From: Methanomicrobia archaeon
GTDB taxonomy: Archaea > Halobacteriota > Bog-38 > Methanoflorentales > Methanoflorentaceae
Assembly: GCA_015661395.1 (NCBI GenBank)
Contig: JACWML010000001.1
Location: forward strand, 19,273-83,272
Reading direction: 5' to 3'
DNA length: 64,000 nt
Shown here one piece after another: positions 45,017 to 54,258 of the stretch. Numbering within the stretch: the stretch's first letter is position 1; every line of letters begins with the position of its first letter. The position numbers were made by a program, and so were the translations under genes. The notes below the pieces were generated by a model. That model did not search any database, was not told where the DNA came from, and saw only the letters and a program-made list of their open reading frames with translations.

Positions 45017-45877
45017 ATGCAGCAGGCGTTAATCGAAAAGCTGGAAGCATTCGGCCTCAGCGCGAAAGAGGCGCACCTGTACGCACTGTTGCTGAAGTAC
45101 GGTCCGAAAACGACAGGCGAACTCGCTAAACTGCTGCACAGCTATCGAGTCGACGTGTATCGGATCCTGGAAACGCTCGCAGAAAAGGGGATGGTTGAAG
45201 AGTCGGTCGAGAAGCCGACAAAATATGCGGCGGTTTCAGTCGAAGCGGCGCTCGAGGCCGCTATGATGCGCCACGCGTATGAGCTTCGCTGGATGGAAGA
45301 GAATCGAGATGAAGTGTTAAAGCTCGCACACGAGTACTTATCCAGTGACGTCCTCGCGAACGACCTTTATACGTTTAAAGTGATAAAAGGCCGTTCTAAC
45401 ACGCTCGCCGCTATGGAGCAGCTGGTTAAGACCGCCGAAGAACGCATCGTATTCATTTCGTCACTCGGCGGCATTCCAATACTCTCTGCAAGCGGGCTAC
45501 TCGAGTATTTTATCGACGCGACAAATAGGGGCGTTCGCGTGCGGTACATCACCGAAATCATGCTACGTAACATCGATTCGGTGCGAGAGGCTCTTGCAGG
45601 GGGCATCGAGGTCCGCCACCACGATGACTACGCGGGGATGCGCTTTCTCGTCGCCGACGCTCACGAAAGTCTGACGACCATAACGTTTGACGCGCTCCGC
45701 CATGGAAAAGACGCAGCTGATACCGCTTTCTGGACGAATAGCCCCGAATATGCACAATATCTCGAGGCCAGCTTTGAGCTCCTGTGGGACAACTCCGCCG
45801 ATGCCCTGCAGCGCATTGATCACGTGCTGGCAGATACACAAATGACACAGCCAAACGCAGCCAAAAATAGCCCTTAG
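45017..45877 (+). CDS. TrmB family transcriptional regulator
   Basis: N-terminal wHTH LEAFGLSAKEAHLYALLLKYGPKTTGELAKLLHSYRVDVYRILETLAEKGMVE plus a TrmB-type C-terminal domain. Confidence 0.8.
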   Translation: MQQALIEKLEAFGLSAKEAHLYALLLKYGPKTTGELAKLLHSYRVDVYRILETLAEKGMVEESVEKPTKYAAVSVEAALEAAMMRHAYELRWMEENRDEVLKLAHEYLSSDVLANDLYTFKVIKGRSNTLAAMEQLVKTAEERIVFISSLGGIPILSASGLLEYFIDATNRGVRVRYITEIMLRNIDSVREALAGGIEVRHHDDYAGMRFLVADAHESLTTITFDALRHGKDAADTAFWTNSPEYAQYLEASFELLWDNSADALQRIDHVLADTQMTQPNAAKNSP

Positions 45878-45977
45878 CTCGCGTGTGCGCCGATAAGTCA
45901 AGTTCGAAGCGTTTTTATAGCTATACGTTTCACCATGCGTGCGGGGCCGAGCGACCGTTTTTGCGGTGTGATGTCTC

Positions 45978-47258
45978 ATGAAGAGAGAGCGCGTACGTTG
46001 GTGTATACCTATCCTTATAGTAGCCGCGCTTATTGCTGCTTTTATTGCCGCGCCGATCGCAGCGACGACGATGATTTCTGTTGACAAGACGCAGGTCAAT
46101 GCCGGAGGCGCAGTCCTCATACAGGCCAATCTCGGCAAGCCAGGAGATACGGCAAAGATCGAGTACTACTATGACGCCAATAAAAACGGCATCGACGATG
46201 ATGGAAGTGTGTGGACGTCCATCGCCGTTGTCAAAGACGGCGGCGCGAATAATATGATTCAAGGCACGAGCGGTCAAATCGAATACCGCTGGGTGCCGCC
46301 GGCCGACCTCGCTACAGGCCAGTACCTGATCCGGGTGACCGATTCAGACAACTCCACCCCCAAGATCGCCCCCGTCGAAATCACCGATCCGGCGACGCCG
46401 CAGATTTCGTTCCTGGTCAACGGCACTGCCACTGATCGCGTCAGCCCCGGAGGATTCGTTACGGTTCAGGCAGACGTCAGCAACAACTGCGCGCTTTGTC
46501 ATAGCGGCGACCCGTCGACGTGGAGTGACTCAAACGCCAGTTTCGATCAGCAGAAGATGCAAACGCACGTAACGGCGGACTTGAGTGGCCTCACCGGTAA
46601 TCCAAACGACACCGCAGTACCTGCTGAGATGATGCTCGGGCACGGCCTCGTCGGTTGGAATGTACAGCTATCCCCAGACTTACCCGAAGGCGCCGTCGGC
46701 CAGGTCTACATCCAAGTGACCCAAGCGAATTTGACGATATCGAGTCACAACGCGATCCAGGGCAGTAACGCCACTGGTAATGCGACTAATGCCACGAGCA
46801 ACGCGACTAACATTTTAAACGAAACCAACGCCACGGAAAGCAACACCACCCTTACCATCACGGCGATCTCTGCGCCCGCCTATCAAAACGGCAGCGTCTC
46901 GGTCAATGTTACGGTGCTGAACCGAGGCGCCGACACCGCAAGCTCCACGTACCTCGTCTTCCAAGACCTGCCAAAAGATATCAGCGTTGATAACGGAGGC
47001 GCCTTTGATATCGCGTCCAATTCAACAGCAGTCTTCTTAGTGAATATCACCGCCGCGAGTGGCGCTTCAGGCAACTACGACCTTAACTTCCACGCGACCA
47101 GCGGAAACCTCACGAGCGAGAATCGAACGATTCCCATCCAAATCGGCAACCCGACCGTCGCTGCAGCCACGAGCGGAAACCCGTTACCCGGCTTCGAGGC
47201 TGCCTTCGCTGTCGTCGGACTGGTAATCGTCGCGTACGTCGTAAGCAGAAGGCGGTAG
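45978..47258 (+). CDS. Secreted, heavily sequon-decorated surface protein with PGF-CTERM anchor signal
   Basis: N-terminal signal/TM segment, a run NATGNATNATSNATNILNETNATESNTT, and a C-terminal PLPGFEAAFAVVGLVIVAYVVSRRR. Confidence 0.75.
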   Translation: MKRERVRWCIPILIVAALIAAFIAAPIAATTMISVDKTQVNAGGAVLIQANLGKPGDTAKIEYYYDANKNGIDDDGSVWTSIAVVKDGGANNMIQGTSGQIEYRWVPPADLATGQYLIRVTDSDNSTPKIAPVEITDPATPQISFLVNGTATDRVSPGGFVTVQADVSNNCALCHSGDPSTWSDSNASFDQQKMQTHVTADLSGLTGNPNDTAVPAEMMLGHGLVGWNVQLSPDLPEGAVGQVYIQVTQANLTISSHNAIQGSNATGNATNATSNATNILNETNATESNTTLTITAISAPAYQNGSVSVNVTVLNRGADTASSTYLVFQDLPKDISVDNGGAFDIASNSTAVFLVNITAASGASGNYDLNFHATSGNLTSENRTIPIQIGNPTVAAATSGNPLPGFEAAFAVVGLVIVAYVVSRRR

Positions 47259-47309
47259 CCCGTCGCACGTTAAGGTGTGTATATATACATCCCTACACTA
47301 TCTTTTAGT

Positions 47310-47744
47310 ATGCGAGCCGGCCAAGTCTCTGACGACCTCGAAGCCGTCATCATGGCGGTGAACGAAACCCCTGAGTACCGAGAAGAGATTATAGACGGGT
47401 TCATCGACCAGATGCTGCGCCGCCGAAAGCGCCGATTTGCGAAGTGGCGCACGACGGCAATTCTTCTTGCTGTCGGCATTTTTGGAACGCTGTTTATCGA
47501 CCGACTCATTTCGTTCCCGCTAAGTCTCTTTGCTCTTGCCTTCCTGTGGATCCTTATCGTTGCCACCTGGGCGACCACCCGAATGGTTGCGATCCTCGAG
47601 CGTCACGTCGCGCGCTACACGCTCATGTGGCTCCTCACGCGGACAGCCTTGCGGCGAGGTGTGTCGGAAGGTATCCTAACGTTGCTGACGCTCTCTGTTG
47701 CAAAAACGTGGCTTAAGCGAATCGTCAGCCGGTATCTGGGCTGA
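47310..47744 (+). CDS. Hypothetical membrane protein
   Basis: The start is set at ATG 47310, about 25 nt downstream of the TATA-like GTATATATAC (47279-47288). Two or three hydrophobic helices. Confidence 0.4.
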   Translation: MRAGQVSDDLEAVIMAVNETPEYREEIIDGFIDQMLRRRKRRFAKWRTTAILLAVGIFGTLFIDRLISFPLSLFALAFLWILIVATWATTRMVAILERHVARYTLMWLLTRTALRRGVSEGILTLLTLSVAKTWLKRIVSRYLG

Positions 47745-47890
47745 GCTTGGGTTGGCTGCGGCAGCGTCCGAACCGGCGTAAGACTTTAAAAAAAACGAGC
47801 GCACGCCACGATTCTGCAAACCGTCGGCGGGCGTAATGCCGCCCGTCCTAAAATAGCGGGACGGTCGCCGGAGTTGAAAAGCGGCGCTGG

Positions 47891-48679
47891 CTACCGTCGT
47901 ACAGCCTCGTCGACGTCGTAACCTTCGTGCACCACGCGCGCGATTTTCCTCACTAAGCTGGTCGGATCCTTCGCTTGAAATATGTTCCTGCCTATCGCGA
48001 CGCCACGCCCTCCTGCGTCGATCGAGTCTCTGACCATCTGCAGCAGCTCGTGCTCAGTGTCCATTTGCGGGCCACCCGCGACCACGACCGGCACCGGGCA
48101 GCCAGCGATGACTTCCTTGAAGGTGTCGATCTCGCCCGTATAGTTTGTCTTGACGATATCGGCCCCCAGTTCCGCGCCAACGCGCGCAGCGAGTTTCACG
48201 TATTCGACGTCGTGTTCATCTCCGACCTTATCGCCTCGCGGATACATCATCGCGAGCAGCGGCATGCCCCAGTAGTCGCATCGTTCCGAAACTTGTCCGA
48301 GCGTGGCGAGCATTTCGGATTCATTCTGTGCCCCAACGTTCACATGAACGCTGACAGCGTCCGCGCCAAATTTGATGGCCTCTTCAACGGTCTTTACGAG
48401 TACCTTGCGGTTTGGATCGGGAGCAAGCGACGTGCTCGCTGAAAGGTGCATTATCAGCCCGACGTCACGACCATAGCCTCTGTGACCGTGTTTTGCCAAG
48501 CCGATATGCCCAAGCACAGCATTGGCCCCACCCTCGGCGACCCTGTTGACGGCGATGCGGAGATCTTCGAGGCCTCTGATGGGACCTACGCTGACGCCGT
48601 GGTCCATCGGCACGATTATGGTATTGCTCGTGTCGCGGTTAAAAATACGCTCAAGGCGAACTGACTTACCGATATGCAT
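47891..48679 (-). CDS. DhnA-type class I aldolase (FBP aldolase / ADH synthase family), paralog 1
   Basis: 262 aa with [22 protein letters not shown] and [12 protein letters not shown] Schiff-base lysine context is present. Confidence 0.85.
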   Translation of the reverse strand: MHIGKSVRLERIFNRDTSNTIIVPMDHGVSVGPIRGLEDLRIAVNRVAEGGANAVLGHIGLAKHGHRGYGRDVGLIMHLSASTSLAPDPNRKVLVKTVEEAIKFGADAVSVHVNVGAQNESEMLATLGQVSERCDYWGMPLLAMMYPRGDKVGDEHDVEYVKLAARVGAELGADIVKTNYTGEIDTFKEVIAGCPVPVVVAGGPQMDTEHELLQMVRDSIDAGGRGVAIGRNIFQAKDPTSLVRKIARVVHEGYDVDEAVRR

Positions 48680-48892
48680 ATAGCCGAGATTACAGCGCGC
48701 GGGTTATAAGCTTATGGCCGCTTCAAAGCGGGCTGCGTCGCTACCGACAATCAAACTCTACTCAGCGCAAACGGCAGCTTGAGCACTTAAGCAAGTATTT
48801 AGAGACGAGGTACCGCTCGCTCCGAGTTATTTCGCCACGCTCTCGGCGAGGCTTCATTGACGTCGTGCGCTTTAAACGCATGGGGTTCATAG

Positions 48893-49111
48893 ATGCTACT
48901 TGCCCACATCCCGCGCTGCTTTCAATGCGCTCACCGGTGCCCGAACTCACAAACCACCTGCAAAGCGTTTCCCAAAGGGATTCCCGCAGATATCCGCTAC
49001 GGCGAACACGATCATCGCGACCCCTATCCCGGGGATGGCGGAATACGGTTCAAGAAACGCACGACACCGGCACGCACTCGATCTTGCAGCCTAAACAAGT
49101 CATCACGTTAG
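48893..49111 (+). CDS. Small cysteine-rich hypothetical protein
   Basis: 72 aa with CFQCAHRCP...[31 protein letters not shown]. The motif looks family-like, but I cannot name the family. Confidence 0.35.
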   Translation: MLLAHIPRCFQCAHRCPNSQTTCKAFPKGIPADIRYGEHDHRDPYPGDGGIRFKKRTTPARTRSCSLNKSSR

Positions 49112-49316
49112 TGCCTCCAATTGCGCAACGCGCTTGCGCCGCGCTAGGAAGCAGAAGACAGTGATGCGCACCAAAGCTCGTAACGCGACCACAGTGGCGA
49201 GATTTCGAGACGCGTGCGTGGACTGTAGGATTCGCCTAAAAAAGTGTATTAACATTTTTTCCTTACGAAGTTATTTGAGCTTTGGCGAATGATGAACGTA
49301 TAGCAGAGGCGAGATC

Positions 49317-49688
49317 ATGCCACGGCACCTGGACGACTTGCGATGCAAGCAAGACCAGTTTATCCATACGCTCTATTCAGTGACGCAGGGCGACACCTGC
49401 ACCTGCGGGGACGTTCGTACAATCACACGAAAACTGGGTTTCGATCACAATACGTGCGTATCTGTAGTCAGCTATTTTATGACCAAGGGAATTATCGAGC
49501 AGCGCCACGAGTCCCTTTCCCACCTCGTGAAGTTGACTTCAAGAGGCATCGACTTTGTGGAGGTAACGTTTTCTGCCGTTACCCACGTGTTTGAAACGAA
49601 GTTGGACGATTGCGCCGATGGTGCAGCGTGCGTGTTCGAAGGACTCAATTCGCCTGCGCCTAAAGAGCCAGTGAGAAAAACAGCCTGA
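49317..49688 (+). CDS. Small putative winged-helix protein, paralog A
   Basis: The core FIHTLYSVTQG...RKLGFDHNTCVSVVSYFMTKGIIE...VKLTSRGIDFVE aligns with the 58433..58681 product. Confidence 0.4.
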   Translation: MPRHLDDLRCKQDQFIHTLYSVTQGDTCTCGDVRTITRKLGFDHNTCVSVVSYFMTKGIIEQRHESLSHLVKLTSRGIDFVEVTFSAVTHVFETKLDDCADGAACVFEGLNSPAPKEPVRKTA

Positions 49689-49911
49689 ACTCGGTTCCGA
49701 TGGAGGCGACCGTTTAAACGCAGAAGCCCCGGCACGGCTAGGCTTCAAGCGTTAGCAAGTGTTGTTAGCAGAGGAACGAAGCTGCAAGAGGCGCTACAAT
49801 TACTCTCAGTGAATCTTACCTACGAGCCTAACGGCTAAAGTAGCATTCACTGCGGCGCGATGCACGCATAACGCCTAAGCGCACACAAATGACGCGTGGA
49901 GGAACTAACAT

Positions 49912-50421
49912 ATGGATGCATTAGAAGCTATTCTGACGCGAAGAAGTGTTCGACGATACACGGACGAGCAAATTGATGATGAGACGATGCAAAAACTCCT
50001 TGCGGCGGCGATGAGTGCGCCTTCAGCGGCGAACGAACAGCCCTGGGAGTTCATTATTATCAGGGACCGGACAATGCTCGATGCTATTCCGACGTTTAGC
50101 CCGTTTGCGAGCATGGTGAAGCGCGCGCCCCTTGGCATACTCGTCTGTGCTGACACGAGGAACGTTATCGTTCCGGGATTTTGGGTGCAAGATTGTTCGG
50201 CGGCGACACAGAACCTGCTCCTTGCTGCTCGCGCGCTTGGATTGGGAGCCGTATGGACCGGTGTCTATCCGATGGAGGGACACGTGGCAGGATTTGCCAA
50301 GCACTGCCAGCTCCCCGAAGGCGTGATTCCGCTGGCATTTGTGGTGGTCGGCCATCCGGCCGAAGAGTCGCCAGCACAACACAGGTTTAGCGCGGACAGG
50401 GTCCACTCAAACGTGTGGTGA
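49912..50421 (+). CDS. Nitroreductase family protein
   Basis: 169 aa with ILTRRSVRRYTDEQI and SAPSAANEQPWEFIII. Confidence 0.85.
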   Translation: MDALEAILTRRSVRRYTDEQIDDETMQKLLAAAMSAPSAANEQPWEFIIIRDRTMLDAIPTFSPFASMVKRAPLGILVCADTRNVIVPGFWVQDCSAATQNLLLAARALGLGAVWTGVYPMEGHVAGFAKHCQLPEGVIPLAFVVVGHPAEESPAQHRFSADRVHSNVW

Positions 50422-50644
50422 TGTCACGTCCACCGCAGCACACCGCCGAGAGAGGGAGCTGGCGCTGCCACCCGGATTGCAAACCGCGCGTTTGCTACCA
50501 CTATTCGTGCGTCAGACTTGCCCTGAAAGCCGACCGTCAGCGCCGCACTTTCGTAGTGAAATGCTTAAGTACGATTATATCTGAATATATATCTAAAGAC
50601 ATCTTCCTACGACACCCTTTGCACACTGTTCAGAACGGAGCACT

Positions 50645-51145
50645 ATGGACGAATATTTAATCAAATTGCTTGAAAACGCTGAAACGCTGTCTGACATCTT
50701 CGAAGTGGTCAAGGCGACCGTCGAGAAGTCAACGGGCATGAGCCGAGGCGGCATCATGCTCGGCTTGGCCAACCTCGGCAACCACCCAAACGGCTTCTTC
50801 GGCGCCTTCTACCCGGTCGGCTCGAACATCATCGTCATGAACCAAGTGCCGCTGCAGCGGATCAAGGAGACCGACCCCACGCTGTGGAAGCCCTACGTGT
50901 TCCACGTGCAGCTCCACGAGTACATGCACTCGTTGGGCTACCTGAGCGAGCGCGTCGTCCGACAGCGCGTCCACGCGATTACGAAGAACGCCTTCGGTGA
51001 CGAGCACCCCGCGACACTTCTCGCGGCAAATACCGAGCGTTTCATCCCGCACCTCGCGTACCCGAACGTCTCGTGGCAACCGAAGGATCTCAAAATCAAG
51101 CTCGTAGAAGATTTTGACCGATCGAGCGCGAGTTACTTCGCGTAG
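50645..51145 (+). CDS. Hypothetical protein with HExxH zinc-metallopeptidase-like motif
   Basis: 166 aa with VQLHEYMHSLGY. No further family assignment is possible by eye. Confidence 0.5.
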   Translation: MDEYLIKLLENAETLSDIFEVVKATVEKSTGMSRGGIMLGLANLGNHPNGFFGAFYPVGSNIIVMNQVPLQRIKETDPTLWKPYVFHVQLHEYMHSLGYLSERVVRQRVHAITKNAFGDEHPATLLAANTERFIPHLAYPNVSWQPKDLKIKLVEDFDRSSASYFA

Positions 51146-51213
51146 TCTGATTTCTCGTGCGCGTTACCTAATGCTTTTTTCAAAACGGCGCAGAGATTTT
51201 CTTTTTGCATGCG

Positions 51214-52653
51214 CTACCGCACCTTCCCGCGCACCAGCGACGCAAAGATGCCGAGGATGCAGAGCACCGTGAAGAGTGAGAACGCGAGTTGATTGCTCTT
51301 GAGGAACAGCTGCGAAGAACTCGGCGTAATCAATTCCTGTCCGATGATGAGCGCGAAAATAAGCTCAACGAGTGCCACGCTCACCACTTGCCCGATGGTG
51401 CGCATGGTCGCGACCGTTCCTGCTGCGAGCCCGTAGAAGCGGCTTTCAACGGAGCTCATAACGGCGTTCGTGTTTGGAGAATTGAAGAGACCAAACCCAA
51501 ATCCGAGAATGGCCAAACTCGCGATGATTAGCGGTATAGGCGTCGTCGCCGTCAAAAAAATGAAGGGAGCGAGACCGACCGTGGTTATTCCCATGCCGAT
51601 CGAGGCGACAATCCGCGGTTCGGTCCTGTCCGAGAGCCGTCCAGCCACCGGCGATACGGCAGCCAGCACGATGGGCTGTGCTATCAGGATGATGCCCGCT
51701 ATCTCAGGGTTGAATCCCCGCACGCTCTGCAAGTAGATGCTCAGCAACAGGGTTACGGCAAACGTCGCGCTGTAGCTGATCAGCGCTGCCACGTTTGAGA
51801 AGGCGAACGCCCGATTCCTGACGAGGAGATTGACATTAAAGACAGGAAATCGTACCCGCATCTCCCAGACAACAAACGACGCGGCCGCCGCGACCCCAAC
51901 GACGATGAGTCCAAGGCTGCTCAACGCAGGAATCTGCGTGAGACCAAACACCAATGAAAGAAGGGCGATCCCGTATACGACCGAGCCGACGAGGTCGAAG
52001 CGTTCGCCCTGCGCGTCGGCCCACTCCACCTTGAGCTTGCGAACGCTCACCAGAGCAATGATGATCCCCAGCGGGATATTGATGTAAAAGATGCTGCGCC
52101 ACCCGATGTACTGCGTCATGAGACCGCCGAGGAACGGGCCGACCGATAGACCGAGATAGACGGCGGCGACGCTTATGCCGATCGCCTTGCCCTTCTCGCC
52201 CGCTGGATACGCTGACGTGAGGATGGCAACGCCCGTGCCGGTTATCATAGCCGCTGCGAAGCCCTGGAACGCCCGAAATGCGATAACCGACGTGCTTGAA
52301 AATGAGAGCGAAATGAGAAATGACGCGACGGCAAAGAGGATCGCCCCGTAGGCGAAGACGCGCTTTTGGCCATAGATATCGGCGAACTTGCCGAACGGGA
52401 CGAGAAAAATCGCCAGTGTGAGCAGGTACGCGGTCGCGACCCAGGCGAGCGTGACGGCGTCCATGGCGAACTCACTTGCGACCGACGGAAGCGCGATATT
52501 CACGGCGGACACGTCAAACGGCGTGAGGAAGGAGGCAAGAGCGACGACGATCAAAACGAGCGTCCTGTCTGCGGCAGCGACCGTTTGTGCATCGGTATCT
52601 CCAGAGGGCACCAAACCGTTCACCTTCCCGTTGCCATGAGACGACACGGTCAC
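51214..52653 (-). CDS. MFS transporter, DHA2 (14-TMS, EmrB/QacA-like)
   Basis: 479 aa, about 14 hydrophobic segments, typical MFS loop motifs (GKFADIYGQKRV). Confidence 0.85.
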   Translation of the reverse strand: MTVSSHGNGKVNGLVPSGDTDAQTVAAADRTLVLIVVALASFLTPFDVSAVNIALPSVASEFAMDAVTLAWVATAYLLTLAIFLVPFGKFADIYGQKRVFAYGAILFAVASFLISLSFSSTSVIAFRAFQGFAAAMITGTGVAILTSAYPAGEKGKAIGISVAAVYLGLSVGPFLGGLMTQYIGWRSIFYINIPLGIIIALVSVRKLKVEWADAQGERFDLVGSVVYGIALLSLVFGLTQIPALSSLGLIVVGVAAAASFVVWEMRVRFPVFNVNLLVRNRAFAFSNVAALISYSATFAVTLLLSIYLQSVRGFNPEIAGIILIAQPIVLAAVSPVAGRLSDRTEPRIVASIGMGITTVGLAPFIFLTATTPIPLIIASLAILGFGFGLFNSPNTNAVMSSVESRFYGLAAGTVATMRTIGQVVSVALVELIFALIIGQELITPSSSQLFLKSNQLAFSLFTVLCILGIFASLVRGKVR

Positions 52654-53158
52654 GCGTTCCCCCCTTGAGCGCCGCTACAGCGTAAGCTGTCCACGTGCGT
52701 GTGTCGCTGGCCTGATGTGCGTTAGAGTAACGTAGCTCCTCACTTTTTGCCTTTTCGGAGCGCCGACGAGCGGAACGGCGAGGAGATAAGACTCCGCGGC
52801 ACGCGCCCACGAACAGGTGGGTTTTTTGCTTGCGATTGAGCAGATAAGTAACTTCTTTCGCGGGTTCTACTCATTTCTTCACGTGTGCGAGGGCAGTTTG
52901 GCGCATGCTGGGAAGCCGTGCGAGAACTACCACTGTCTCGACAATGACGTTATGGTGAGTGGATTTTGGCTGCGCAACGAGATGGACTGTGCGGCTGATA
53001 CCTCCAAAACAGAAGCATTTGGCATCATGAAGGAGCACGGTGCAGGGCCGCAGGAACAAGAGCCTTGACGGCGCACAAAGAAGCGATTTAAGTACGGTAA
53101 AGACTAACTAGTAACGGTTCAACCCGTTCAAAAAACAAAAGTAGGAGGTGAGGCCGCT

Positions 53159-53353
53159 ATGGCCACGTTTATATGGCGCGGCACCTGGACCGCGAAAGGG
53201 ATGGAGAAGATCAATGACTTGCCCCAGCGCTACGAGACGGCTCAAAATGCGTTCAAGTCGGCGGGGGCAGAGTTGAAAGACCTCTCAGCACCGGACTGGC
53301 AAAATCGCAAACAATGTCTGCGGTCCACATCGCAAAAGCGCTCGATATCATAA
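53159..53353 (+). pseudogene. Truncated GYD-domain gene
   Basis: MATFIWRGTWTAKGMEKINDLPQRYETAQNAFKSAGAELKDL matches the first half of GYD-family proteins. The expected GxYD core and second half are missing in all frames. Confidence 0.35.
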
Positions 53354-53474
53354 AAGATCTCGATGAGTCACGGAAAGCGCTGGGCGCTGAGTACGGCAGG
53401 CAGTAGCTGAGAGTCCGTTTCGTTGATGACAGACAAGAACAGTCTGAACTCCTCCGACAACACCGGCATAGGAC

Positions 53475-54145
53475 ATGGACACCTCAGCGATACGAGCCAT
53501 CGTCAATCGCCATAAGAAATGGCGGCTGGAGCAGCGAGGCGGGAGGAGGGCAGACTTGCGAAACGCCGAATTGCGCGAGGCCGAGTTGGGCTGGGTCGAT
53601 CTTAGTGGTGCCGACCTTCGTAACGCGGATCTTACCGCCGCCGATTTGGTGCCTTGTGCGATGCCAACCTGAGCCGCGCGTCTATGGAACGGGCGACGCT
53701 ATATAGGGCTGACCTGACGGGCGCCGACCTCTCTCGAGTGACGCTCTCGCGTGCAACAGTAGAGAGAGCGCAGCTCAATCGCGCGAACTTGGCGCACGCA
53801 AATCTTAGTAGCTCGAATCTCAAGGGTGCTATTCTCATCGATGCTGATTTGCACGGCGCCGACGTGCGCTTCGCGGTGGTCACTGGAGCTGATCTCACCA
53901 GCGCGGACCTCAGAGGGGCAAACTTGGCACACGCCGACTTGACGTACGCCGTTCTCTCGGGGGTCAAGCTCGAAGGTGCGGTATTTTTAGCGAGAGCCAC
54001 GCGAGATCAGCCAGAGAGTGGTTCGGTGCCTCCACACTTTGGAAAAAACGAGCAAGTCGTTGCGTGGCAAAGACGCACCAGCACCAAACGGGGCCGCAAA
54101 AGACGAACACGCACCGCAAGCATCAAAATCGTCAAGTTTAAGTGA
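53475..54145 (+). pseudogene. Pentapeptide-repeat protein gene split by a frameshift
   Basis: A(D/N)LxX repeats run through ORF 53475..53672 and continue in a different frame in ORF 53654..54145. The frames switch near 53640-53655. Confidence 0.7.
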
Positions 54146-54258
54146 ACGACTGACTAACAGTCCTCAAAGCTTAGGGTTCCCTCGTCCGCCATTTTCCGAT
54201 CCGACGCAACGTTGCTATCGGACATATGCACAATGTGGGTGTGCTAACGCCGGGGTGA

